From positions 8,133 through 72,132 of the forward strand of contig CAYZIB010000006.1 of the NCBI GenBank assembly GCA_964478425.1: 64,000 nucleotides of DNA, read 5' to 3'. Every line of letters begins with the position of its first letter. Positions within the stretch are counted from its first letter, which is position 1. The notes under the pieces are model-generated. The model was not told the DNA's origin, did no database searches, and saw nothing but the letters and a program-made list of their open reading frames with translations. Shown piece after piece: positions 20,089 through 31,091 of the stretch. Both the position numbers and the translations under genes were made by a program. The stretch is from an uncultured Anaeroplasmatales bacterium. GTDB taxonomy: Bacteria > Bacillota_I > Bacilli_A > Acholeplasmatales > WRBM01.

Positions 20089-20116
20089 TTTACATTAAGT
20101 AATATTATGTTATAAT
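20089..20116 (+). promoter_or_regulatory. Promoter of rpiB-upp-atp
   Basis: TTTACA at 20089-20094, a 16 nt spacer, then the extended -10 TGtTATAAT at 20108-20116. Confidence 0.6.
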
Positions 20117-20135
20117 ATTAAAAAGAGGTGAAGCA

Positions 20136-20585
20136 ATGAGAATAGCAATTTGTTCAGATCATGGTGGAAAGAAATTAAAAGATATACTTATTCCATTTTT
20201 GATTGATGAAGGATATGAAGTTACTGATTTTGGTACAGATTCTTTAGAAAGCTGTGATTATGTAGATTACGGTATAAAAGTAGCTGAAGAAGTTTCTAAA
20301 GGAAACTTTGAAAGAGGAATATTAATATGTTCAACAGGTATTGGAATGTCAATTATTGCTAATAAGGTAAAAAATATTAGATGTAGTTTAATTAGTGATT
20401 TATTATCTGCCAAATTAACAAGAGAACATAATAATTCAAATTGCCTTGCTTTGGGTGCTATGATTGTAAGTAGTGATTTAGCAAAAGAAATATGCAAGGT
20501 ATGGTTAAATACTGAATTTACTTATGGTAGGCACTTAAGAAGAGTTGATAAAATAAGAAAGTATGAGGAAGCAAAAAATGAATAA
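20136..20585 (+). CDS. rpiB: Ribose-5-phosphate isomerase B
   Basis: MRIAICSDHGG, CSTGIGMSIIANK, REHNNSNCLALG. Confidence 0.93.
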   Translation: MRIAICSDHGGKKLKDILIPFLIDEGYEVTDFGTDSLESCDYVDYGIKVAEEVSKGNFERGILICSTGIGMSIIANKVKNIRCSLISDLLSAKLTREHNNSNCLALGAMIVSSDLAKEICKVWLNTEFTYGRHLRRVDKIRKYEEAKNE

Positions 20586-21201
20586 TTTACATGTTTTAAA
20601 CCATCCACTTATAAAACACAAACTAAGTTTTATAAGAGATAAAAACACTAAAATGAAGGATTTTAATGATTCATTAAGTGAAATTGCATCTTTAATGGCA
20701 TTTGAAATTACAAGAAATTTCAAAACTAAAAAAATTGAGGTTGAAACACCAATTTGTAAAACTGAAACAGAAATTTTAGACAAAGATGTTGTTTTAATCC
20801 CTATTTTAAGAGCTGGACTTGGTATGACTGAAGGAATTAGAAGATTAATTCCAACAGCAAAAATTGGATTTGTAGGTTTATATAGAGATGAAGAAACTTT
20901 AGAACCAAAAGAATATTTTATTAAATGTCCTGATTTAACAAATTGTTCTATATTGTTACTTGATCCAATGCTTGCTACAGGGAATAGTGCATGTTATGCA
21001 ATTGATAAATTAAAGGCTTTAGGAGCAAAAGATATTAGATATGTAGGTTTAGTTGGTTGTATGCAAGGTGTAAATAAAATTGTTAGTAAACATCCAGATG
21101 TAGAATTATATTTAGCTGCCTTAGATGACCATTTAAACGAAAATGGATATATTGTTCCAGGTCTTGGAGATTGTGGAGATAGACTTTTTGGCACTAAATA
21201 A
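20578..21201 (+). CDS. upp: Uracil phosphoribosyltransferase
   Basis: LNHPLIKHKL, ILRAGLGM, LLDPMLATGNS, YIVPGLGDCGDRLFGTK. I prefer ATG 20578 (MNNLHVL); the track starts at 20563. Confidence 0.93.
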   Translation: MNNLHVLNHPLIKHKLSFIRDKNTKMKDFNDSLSEIASLMAFEITRNFKTKKIEVETPICKTETEILDKDVVLIPILRAGLGMTEGIRRLIPTAKIGFVGLYRDEETLEPKEYFIKCPDLTNCSILLLDPMLATGNSACYAIDKLKALGAKDIRYVGLVGCMQGVNKIVSKHPDVELYLAALDDHLNENGYIVPGLGDCGDRLFGTK

Positions 21202-21427
21202 AGATAAAGTAATTAATGGTATAAGTTTATATGCACTAGTTTCTCAATTTATTATTAGTACAATTTTTTTATCAATATTAGGTTATTATATTGGTTTTAA
21301 AATTAATAATGAAGGATCACTAAAAGGAATTATAGCAGTAATATTTGGTTTAATAGGTATAATTAGTTTTATTATTCAATTATTATTGATAGAAAGGAGA
21401 AAAAATGACAAAAAAAGTAGGGTATAA
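21188..21427 (+). CDS. atpZ: AtpZ-like small two-TM protein preceding atpI
   Basis: Two hydrophobic helices and a basic tail. The ORF (track 21143) has no internal ATG. TTG 21188 lies 9 nt after GGAG and just overlaps the end of upp. The position upstream of atpI matches AtpZ. Confidence 0.4.
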   Translation: MALNKDKVINGISLYALVSQFIISTIFLSILGYYIGFKINNEGSLKGIIAVIFGLIGIISFIIQLLLIERRKNDKKSRV

Positions 21428-21767
21428 AATTGTTTTATATACATGGGTATTAATAATTATCGTGTTTTTTGGTTTATGGATTTTTTCTCATAGTTGGATG
21501 TTACCAAAAAGTTATTTATTAGGAGCTTTAACATCAATAATGTCTTTTATAATGTTAATGAATAGGACAAGTTATATTGAAGAAAATAAAAAAGAGCCAA
21601 ATAATAGTGTTACATCTACATTAACTAGATTTTTACTTTCAGGATTCATACTTGCTGTTGGAGTATTTGATGAAAGATTTAATGCTATATTAGTTTTAAT
21701 AGGTTTATTACAAGTTAGAATTGTAATACTTTTTTATGGAATATTTAATAAGAAGGTGGTAGATTGA
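21405..21767 (+). CDS. atpI: ATP synthase protein I
   Basis: A small 4-TM protein directly upstream of atpB. The SD is AAAGGAGAAAAA. Confidence 0.7.
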   Translation: MTKKVGYKIVLYTWVLIIIVFFGLWIFSHSWMLPKSYLLGALTSIMSFIMLMNRTSYIEENKKEPNNSVTSTLTRFLLSGFILAVGVFDERFNAILVLIGLLQVRIVILFYGIFNKKVVD

Positions 21768-22435
21768 CATTTAGGTTATGGGGACCTTTAAATGATCAAA
21801 TGTATTCAATGCTTATAATCGTGTTTGCGTTATCTATGTTATCGATTATAGTTGGGTTAAAAGTTAAAAAAATAAAACCAGAAGATAAGCAACCGTGGTG
21901 GTTAGTTATATTAGAAAGTTTAGTTAGTTTAATTAATAACTTTGTTAAGGAAAATATGGGTAAATGGTGGAAACAATATGCACCATATTATTTTACTTTA
22001 GCATTATTGTTGTTTTTTTCTAATATTGCATCAATATTTTTACTTACATCACCGACAAGTTATTTATCAGTTAATTTTGGTTTAGCATTGATAAGTTTTT
22101 TTGTTATTCAACAAGTAGGAATTAGGAGTAACGGAATACTTGGTTATTTAAAAAGTTTTGTATCACCAGTTTTTGTTATATTACCTATTAATTTGATTTC
22201 TGAATTTGCATTACCAGTATCATTGTCATTAAGATTATTTGGTAATATTAGTAGTAGCAATGTTTTAGTAATGTTTTTAGAAGGATTGTTAGGATATGGA
22301 ACAATTATTCCAATGCCGATATTTAATATAATTTTTGATATAGGATTTGGAATAATTCAGGTTATGGTTTTTGTATTACTTTCAATTATTTTTGCAAGTA
22401 ATAAAGTTAATGAAAAAGATTTAATTATAGAATAG
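21764..22435 (+). CDS. atpB: F0 subunit a
   Basis: LSLRLFGNISS carries the essential Arg motif. The TTG start overlaps the atpI stop as TTGA. Confidence 0.9.
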   Translation: MTFRLWGPLNDQMYSMLIIVFALSMLSIIVGLKVKKIKPEDKQPWWLVILESLVSLINNFVKENMGKWWKQYAPYYFTLALLLFFSNIASIFLLTSPTSYLSVNFGLALISFFVIQQVGIRSNGILGYLKSFVSPVFVILPINLISEFALPVSLSLRLFGNISSSNVLVMFLEGLLGYGTIIPMPIFNIIFDIGFGIIQVMVFVLLSIIFASNKVNEKDLIIE

Positions 22436-22446
22436 GAGAAAGAAAA

Positions 22447-22710
22447 ATGGAATTAGTAAATTTATTAGAAGTAGTATTTAATAGTGATTTTAAATCAGCT
22501 GTAGCTTATTTTGCTGCAGGATTAGCTGTATTTGTTGGTTTTGCAACAGCTATTGCTCAAGGAAAAGTTGCTGCAAAAGGTGTTGAAGCTGTTGGTCGTC
22601 AACCAGAAGCATCAGGTAAAATTATGGTTACTATGTTACTTGGACAAGCAGTTTGTGAAACATCAGCATTATATGGTTTAATTATTGCCTTCATGTTATT
22701 ATCTAAATAA
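22447..22710 (+). CDS. atpE: F0 subunit c, with a Na+-type ion-site signature
   Basis: GRQPE loop. Q38 plus E71-T72-S73 and Y76. Confidence 0.93.
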   Translation: MELVNLLEVVFNSDFKSAVAYFAAGLAVFVGFATAIAQGKVAAKGVEAVGRQPEASGKIMVTMLLGQAVCETSALYGLIIAFMLLSK

Positions 22711-23231
22711 TGGATTTTATAGATAAAATAGTCGAATTTATTGGTGATGGGTTAACATTTGATTTATCTCATATTATAATTCAAATTTGTGCAACAATTA
22801 TTCTTTTTATAATTGTAAGAAAATTTATGTGGCAACCTATCACAAATCTTATTGAAGCTAGAAGAAATTTAATCAATCAAGAATTAAATGAAGCTAAAAT
22901 GAAAAATGCTGAAGCTGAAAGATTAGAAATTTTGACTAAAGAAGAATATTTAAAGACTAAAGAAGAAAGTAAAAATATAATTGAAAAGGCAATTAATGAA
23001 GCTAATTTAGAAAAAGAAAAATTAATATTAGAAGCAAAGCAAGAAGCAAAAAGAAGATTAGAAGAAGCAGATTTTAATATTAATCAAGAAATAATTAATA
23101 AAAGCGATGAAATTAAAAAAGAAATTGTCGATATTGCTTTTGATGCAGCTTTAAAAATTGTTGGAAGAGAAATCAATAAAGAAGATCATAAAGATATAAT
23201 AGATGAGATTATCGAGGAATTAGTTATATGA
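22710..23231 (+). CDS. atpF: F0 subunit b
   Basis: An N-terminal TM segment followed by a long charged helix. It is in operon position. Confidence 0.85.
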   Translation: MDFIDKIVEFIGDGLTFDLSHIIIQICATIILFIIVRKFMWQPITNLIEARRNLINQELNEAKMKNAEAERLEILTKEEYLKTKEESKNIIEKAINEANLEKEKLILEAKQEAKRRLEEADFNINQEIINKSDEIKKEIVDIAFDAALKIVGREINKEDHKDIIDEIIEELVI

Positions 23232-23734
23232 AAATAGCTTATAATTATGCATATAGTTTAATTGATTATTCTAAAGATAAGGAAATATTAGATGATTTTA
23301 AAATATTTATCGACTTATTAAATAGTAATCCTGATTTTTATAAGTTATTAAATATAACTACTATATCTAAAGAAGAAAAGAAAAAAATGATTGATAAAAC
23401 ATTTCCTTTAAATTCAATTTTTATTAGTTTTATAAAAGTATTGATTGATAATAATCGTTTTATTTTGATTAATGAAATATATGATGAATATGAAAAGTTA
23501 TTTTATGAAATGAATGATATTGTTAAAGTAACCATTAAATCTGCTTTAAAACTAGAAGAAAATGAAATAAATAAAATAAATTTATATTTTAAAGAAAAAT
23601 TAAATAAAAAAATAATAATAGAAAACATTATAGATAATAAAATTATTGATGGATATGTTATTAATTATAATGGAAATATATTAGATAATTCAGTTATCAA
23701 TCGCTTGTTTGATATGAAAAATGCAATAATGTGA
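23228..23734 (+). CDS. atpH: F1 subunit delta (OSCP)
   Basis: Operon position and size; the start overlaps the preceding stop as ATGA. Confidence 0.8.
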   Translation: MKIAYNYAYSLIDYSKDKEILDDFKIFIDLLNSNPDFYKLLNITTISKEEKKKMIDKTFPLNSIFISFIKVLIDNNRFILINEIYDEYEKLFYEMNDIVKVTIKSALKLEENEINKINLYFKEKLNKKIIIENIIDNKIIDGYVINYNGNILDNSVINRLFDMKNAIM

Positions 23735-23743
23735 GGTTTTAGT

Positions 23744-25247
23744 ATGGACAAAATAAAAATAAATGAAATCTCTAAATTAATTAAAGAACAAATCAAAAAT
23801 TATGAAAATAAACTTAAAACTGAAGAAATAGGAACAGTTATTAGTGTTGGTGATGGTATATGTCAAATCCATGGCCTTGATAATGCTATGGCAAGTGAAC
23901 TATTAATTTTTCCCAATGATGTTTATGGGATGGTTTTAAATTTAGAACATGATTTAGTAGGAGCTATCCTATTTGATGATTCAATTAAAATTAAAGAAGG
24001 AGATAAAGTTAGATTAACAGGTAAAGTTTTAGAAGTGCCTGTTGGAGATAATTTTATTGGAAGAGTAATAGATCCACTTGGTAATCCATTAGATGGAAAG
24101 GGAAAAATTATATCTGATAAATATAGAAAAATAGATGTAAAAGCAAGTGGAGTAATTGATAGAGAAAGTGTTAATGAACCTTTACAAACTGGTATAAAGG
24201 TTATTGACACATTAGTTCCTATTGGTAGAGGACAAAGAGAATTAATAATTGGTGATAGACAAACAGGAAAAACATCTCTTGCAATAGATACAATTTTAAA
24301 TCAAAAAGGTATGGATATTATTTGTATTTATGTTGCAATTGGTCAAAAAGAATCAACTGTTGTTAATGTTTATGAAACATTAAAAAAATATGGAGCAATG
24401 GATTATTCAATTATAGTAAGTGCATCAGCTTCAAAACCTGCACCACTTCAATATATAGCTCCTTATAGTGGTTGTGCTATTGCTGAAGAATTTATGTATA
24501 GTGGTAAAGATGTTTTAATTGTTTATGATGATTTAACTAAACATGCTATAAGTTATCGTGAACTCGCTTTATTATTAAAAAGACCTCCAGGAAGAGAAGC
24601 TTACCCTGGGGATGTATTTTATCTTCATTCAAGATTATTAGAAAGAAGTGCAAAATTAAATAAAAAATTAGGTGGAGGAAGCATTACAGCATTGCCAATA
24701 ATTGAAACACAAGCAGGTGATATTAGTGCTTATATTCCAACAAATGTTATTTCTATTACAGACGGTCAAATATATTTACAATCAGATTTATTTTACTCTG
24801 GTGTAAGACCAGCTATTAATCCTGGTTTAAGTGTTTCAAGAGTTGGTGGAGATGCACAAACTAAAGCTATTAAAAGTGTTAGTGGAACTTTAAGACTTGA
24901 TTTAGCATCTTTTAGAGAATTAGAATCTTTTAGTCAATTTGGAAGTGACTTAGATCAAAACACTAAAGAGAAGATTGAAAGAGGAAAAAGGACTGTTGAA
25001 ATTTTAAAACAAAATTTACATGAAAAACTTGAAATGGCAGAAGAATGTATAATCATATTTGCATTAGTTAATGGTTTATTAGATGATATTGCTGTTAATA
25101 ATTTATTAGTATTTGAAAAAGAATTATTTAAATATATTAATAAAAATCAAGAATTTAAAAATTTAAAAGAAGAAATTCAAAATACTAAAGTTTTAAATAA
25201 TAAAGAGTTATTAGTAAAACTTATTAAGGAGTTTAAATTAATTTTTA

Positions 25248-25255
<8 letters not shown>
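23744..25255 (+). CDS. atpA: F1 subunit alpha
   Basis: [14 protein letters not shown] is the Walker A motif. ITDGQIYL is also present. Confidence 0.98.
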
Positions 25256-27475
<2,220 letters not shown>

Positions 27476-27481
27476 TGAAAT

Positions 27482-27871
27482 ATGCAAATTATAGTTTCAA
27501 CTCCAGATGGAGTTTTATACGATGATATTGTTGATTATATTGTTGTTAGAAATCAAGATGGTGAATTTGCCATTTTAAAAAATCATATTCCAATTATTAG
27601 TATAATAAAAGAAGGATATGTTAAAGTTGTTAGAGATAAAAACGAATTTTATATATATATGTTTAGCGGTATTTTAGAACAAGCTAATAATAAAATTAAT
27701 GTAGTAGCTCAAGAAGCACATATTGGAGAAACTAAAGAGATTGCTAAAGATCTTATATTACAAATTAGAAAAGAAAGAATTGAATTTAACAAAAGAAAAT
27801 CTGTTGACACAACTAAATTAGAAAAAACATTAAGAGAGAATATTAAAAATACCAAAGCTGGAGAATTATGA
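27482..27871 (+). CDS. atpC: F1 subunit epsilon
   Basis: Operon position, and a beta-sandwich plus helical tail pattern. Confidence 0.85.
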   Translation: MQIIVSTPDGVLYDDIVDYIVVRNQDGEFAILKNHIPIISIIKEGYVKVVRDKNEFYIYMFSGILEQANNKINVVAQEAHIGETKEIAKDLILQIRKERIEFNKRKSVDTTKLEKTLRENIKNTKAGEL

Positions 27872-28083
27872 TTTTAGAAAGTATAGTTAGTGATATTAAT
27901 TTTGCTTATTTCTTATTATTATTTATATTTTTTATATTAATGTTTTATTTAATTAAAGCAACAAATTTTGAAAAAATATTTAAACAAGGAAAAACTATAG
28001 AAATAAAAATCGGATATTTTATATTAAGCTTAATTTTAGCACATATTTTAACAACCATTTTTTTAAATTTTTTTAATCTTTAA
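27868..28083 (+). CDS. Small two-TM membrane protein (YwzB/DUF1146-like position after atpC)
   Basis: 71 aa with two hydrophobic helices flanking NFEKIFKQGK. The start overlaps the atpC stop as ATGA. Confidence 0.45.
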   Translation: MILESIVSDINFAYFLLLFIFFILMFYLIKATNFEKIFKQGKTIEIKIGYFILSLILAHILTTIFLNFFNL

Positions 28084-28106
28084 GATTTTATTAAATAAAT
28101 AAGTTT

Positions 28107-28142
28107 AAAAGGCATGATATTAAATTATATCGTGCCTTTTTA
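28107..28142 (+). terminator. Rho-independent terminator of the atp operon
   Basis: AAAAGGCATGATAT pairs with ATATCGTGCCTTTT (one G-U pair), followed by a T-run. Confidence 0.8.
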
Positions 28143-28229
28143 ATTAAAATTTTTTATTTATTATAATTTATATTAAATTAATTGTATAATTTTTTTTATT
28201 TTAACCATACTAAATTTAGAGGTGAAAGA

Positions 28230-28880
28230 ATGAAAAAAATTAAAGATTTCTTAAATGAACGAAAAGATTTATTTTTATTTATTGGTGTATTATTAGTTGT
28301 GGTTGCTACAATTTTAACAGTTGCAAATTTAGTAGATAAATCAGATGGAGATTTTGTACTTGTTCCAGGTCCTAATGAACCAGTAGTAAATCCAGATGTT
28401 GATCCAGTAATTGAACAAGAAAAAATGATTTTACCAATTAATGAGGATTATATAGTTGTGAAAGACTATTTTGATTTAAATAATCCGGATACACTTCATA
28501 ATGCAGTTTTTAATTTAGGTAATTCAATGGTAGAAAGTACAGGAATGAGCTATGCAGCAAGTAATAATAATGTATTTGATGTTTTAGCAGCTTATTCAGG
28601 TAAAGTATTAAGTGTTACTGAAAATAATTTAGAAGGATATGAAGTGGTTATTTTACATGAAGATAATTTAAAAACATATTATTTATCTTTGAGTGAAGTA
28701 AATGTTAAAGAAAATGATGAAGTTAAAATTGGCGATGTAATTGGTAAAGCAGGGACTTCTATTTTAGATACTCTTGCTGGAATTCATGTTCATTTTGAAA
28801 TTGAAAAAGATGGAAAATTCATTAATCCAACATATGCATATAATAAAATGATTAGTGAATTAGAAACAGAAGATAAATAA
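28230..28880 (+). CDS. Membrane-anchored LytM/M23-domain protein with a degenerate first metal motif (SpoIIQ-like)
   Basis: An N-terminal TM segment. STGMSYAAS replaces the HxGxD motif, while the HxH motif is kept (GIHVHFEI). It lies immediately upstream of spoIIID. I use ATG 28230 after AGAGGTGA; the track starts at 28182. Confidence 0.6.
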   Translation: MKKIKDFLNERKDLFLFIGVLLVVVATILTVANLVDKSDGDFVLVPGPNEPVVNPDVDPVIEQEKMILPINEDYIVVKDYFDLNNPDTLHNAVFNLGNSMVESTGMSYAASNNNVFDVLAAYSGKVLSVTENNLEGYEVVILHEDNLKTYYLSLSEVNVKENDEVKIGDVIGKAGTSILDTLAGIHVHFEIEKDGKFINPTYAYNKMISELETEDK

Positions 28881-28895
28881 ATTTTATAATTTTTA

Positions 28896-28921
28896 AAAGT
28901 AAACTTTTGTTTACTTTTTTT
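28896..28921 (+). terminator. Rho-independent terminator
   Basis: AAAAGTAAAC pairs with GTTTACTTTT around a TTTT loop, followed by a T-run. Confidence 0.75.
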
Positions 28922-28966
28922 AATATTTAAATTAATAAATACATATTATTAATTGGTGAGATAATT

Positions 28967-29212
28967 TTGAAATATCAAATAGAATTAATAAAAAATATGG
29001 CTAATGATTTAGTAAAAGAAAAACTTACTATTAGACAAGTTGCAAAAAAATATAATAAATCAAAAAGTACTGTTCATAAATGGTTTAAGGAAAGACTAAT
29101 TTATATTGATAATAATTTATATTTAGAAGTAGAAAAAATTTTAAATTATAATAAAAATATAAGACATATTAGAGGAGGAGAAGCAACTAAATTAAAATAT
29201 AAAAAAAAGTAA
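28967..29212 (+). CDS. spoIIID: Sporulation transcriptional regulator SpoIIID (TTG start)
   Basis: SKSTVHKWF is the HTH. The near-invariant tail IRHIRGGEATKLKYKKK is present. The SD is GGTGAG. Confidence 0.9.
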   Translation: MKYQIELIKNMANDLVKEKLTIRQVAKKYNKSKSTVHKWFKERLIYIDNNLYLEVEKILNYNKNIRHIRGGEATKLKYKKK

Positions 29213-29231
29213 TTTTTAATTACTTTTTATT
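29201..29231. terminator. Bidirectional hairpin spanning the stop codons of spoIIID and yigZ
   Basis: AAAAGTAATT 29205-29214 pairs with AATTACTTTT 29218-29227, with A and T runs on each side. Confidence 0.55.
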
Positions 29232-29836
29232 GGAATAAATAATTCTTTTTCATTCAATTTTTCTAAAATGACATCTCCACATGTTAAATCATTAATTTTT
29301 TTTATAATTAAATCATCGTCTAAGTCGAATAATACATCATAACATACTTGTTCATTATAAGTAATATTAATTATTTTATACGCATTTGATTTAAGAAAAT
29401 TTGATATGTTATTAGAATAGCTATAATTAACAGTTATTTTATAATTTTTAAATGATTTATTTTCTTGCATTATAGAGTTGTTAATTGCTTCTTGAGCTGA
29501 TTTACTATATGCTCTTATTAAACCTCCAGCTCCAAGCTTGATACCACCAAAATATCTTATAACAACGACTAAAACATTATTTAATTCGTTTTTTTTAATT
29601 ACTTCAAGAATTGGCATTCCAGCTGTTTTTGATGGTTCTCCATCATCTGATTGTCTTGCTGAAGATATTAGATTTATAGCATAGCATACATGAGTTGCAT
29701 CATAGTATTTTTTTTTAATTTCTTTTATTATATTTAATGCATCGTTAAAATCAGTTACATAAAAAGTTTTTGATATAAATTTTGATTTTTCAATTATTAT
29801 TTCAGAAAATTCAGAATCTAAAATTGTTTTAATGAT
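29216..29836 (-). CDS. yigZ: YigZ/IMPACT family protein (UPF0029); the conserved N-terminal 73 codons lie upstream of the first ATG
   Basis: The track gives 29216..29617 (MPILEV..VVVIRYFGGIKLGAGGLIRAYS). My in-frame upstream translation is IIKTILDSEFSEIIIEKSKFISKTFYV...YYDATHVCYAINL...SDDGEPSKTAG. That is the family N-terminus and contains no ATG, GTG or TTG. ATC 29836 lies 7 nt after AAAGG. Confidence 0.6.
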   Translation of the reverse strand: MIKTILDSEFSEIIIEKSKFISKTFYVTDFNDALNIIKEIKKKYYDATHVCYAINLISSARQSDDGEPSKTAGMPILEVIKKNELNNVLVVVIRYFGGIKLGAGGLIRAYSKSAQEAINNSIMQENKSFKNYKITVNYSYSNNISNFLKSNAYKIINITYNEQVCYDVLFDLDDDLIIKKINDLTCGDVILEKLNEKELFIPIKSN

Positions 29837-29853
29837 ATCACAACCTTTTTTAT

Positions 29854-29882
29854 ATTATAGTATAAATTAGAGAAAAAGTAAA
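29854..29882 (-). promoter_or_regulatory. Promoter of yigZ
   Basis: On the minus strand: TTTACT (29882-29877), a 17 nt spacer, then TATAAT (29859-29854). Confidence 0.45.
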
Positions 29883-29952
29883 ATAATTAATTTATCTATA
29901 TTTAAATTTTAGAAGGTATTTGTTATAATAATAAAGAAATTAGGTTGATAAT

Positions 29953-31089
29953 ATGAAAATTAAAAAAGGAATAGATGTATTAAATATATTAGAAAAAAAT
30001 AATTATAAAGCGTATTTGGTTGGAGGAATTGTTAGAGATTATTTATTAAATATTCCTTGTTTTGATATAGATATTACAACAAATGCAAAGCCTAATGAAA
30101 TTATAAATATATTTGATAATTATGATAAATCTGGTTTAAATTATGGAAATATAAAAGTTAATTATAAAAATGAAATAATAGAAATAACAACTTTTAGAAA
30201 AGAAATAAATTATTCTGATTTTAGACATCCAGAATTTAGATTTACAGATAATATATTAGATGATATTTTAAGAAGAGATTTTACTATTAATGCCTTATTA
30301 ATGGATAAAAATTTAAAAGTTATTGATTATTTAGATGGTTTAAATGATTTAAATAATAAAATTATAAAAACAATTGGGAATCCAGATATTAAGTTTAAAG
30401 AAGATGCTTTAAGAATTTTAAGAGCAATCCATTTTAAAGCAAAATTAAATTTTGATATTGATAAAAATACATTAAATGCAATGATTAAATATCAAAACAA
30501 TTTAAATTATATTAATCATGATGTAATTTTAAAAGAAATTAAAAAAATTTTAAATGATAAATTTTTTTATGAATCAATACCTGATTTTATTAAAATTTCT
30601 GATTCATTAAATTTTACTACACCTTTAAAAAAAATATATGAATCTAAAATTAAAAATATTTCTTATTTAGAATTTTTCATGTTAGTATATTATTTTAATG
30701 GAAAGATTGATTATAATTTAAGTAAAAAAGATCTTATAAAAATAAAAAAAGCGATTGAATTAGCTAATATCTTATTAAATAGAAACGTTGATAATATATT
30801 ATACTTTAATTATAATAAAGAAATATGTTTGCTTGCTAATAAATTTAATATGATAGTTAATAAAAAAATAGATTCTACATTATTAATTTTAGAAATTGAA
30901 AAAAATATACCTATAAAAAAATTAGGTGATATAAAATATAATGCAATAGATTTAATAAATGATTTTAATTTTAAAGAAAACCAAATAAAAATTGTTTTAA
31001 ATGAAATAAAAGATTTGATTTTAAATAATAATTTAGAAAATGATTATAATAAAATTAAAGAATATCTTTTATTAAAGTACGGAGGATGA
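29953..31089 (+). CDS. cca: CCA-adding tRNA nucleotidyltransferase
   Basis: LVGGIVRDYLL....DIDITT, and RRDFTINAL. Confidence 0.85.
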   Translation: MKIKKGIDVLNILEKNNYKAYLVGGIVRDYLLNIPCFDIDITTNAKPNEIINIFDNYDKSGLNYGNIKVNYKNEIIEITTFRKEINYSDFRHPEFRFTDNILDDILRRDFTINALLMDKNLKVIDYLDGLNDLNNKIIKTIGNPDIKFKEDALRILRAIHFKAKLNFDIDKNTLNAMIKYQNNLNYINHDVILKEIKKILNDKFFYESIPDFIKISDSLNFTTPLKKIYESKIKNISYLEFFMLVYYFNGKIDYNLSKKDLIKIKKAIELANILLNRNVDNILYFNYNKEICLLANKFNMIVNKKIDSTLLILEIEKNIPIKKLGDIKYNAIDLINDFNFKENQIKIVLNEIKDLILNNNLENDYNKIKEYLLLKYGG

Positions 31090-31091
31090 AT

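Noticed and set aside
28922-28949. A sigma-E-like promoter (AATATT ... CATATTAT) upstream of spoIIID.
   Set aside because: The -10-like element ends only about 5 nt before the SD (GGTGAG 28954-28959), so the predicted start would remove the ribosome-binding site. Such AT-only matches are expected by chance here.
29708-29716. The A9 homopolymer inside yigZ as the cause of a frameshift that would explain the missing start.
   Set aside because: The reading frame is continuous across the run, and the translation on both sides matches the family (KEIKKKYYDATH). The anomaly is the absence of a start codon, not a frameshift.
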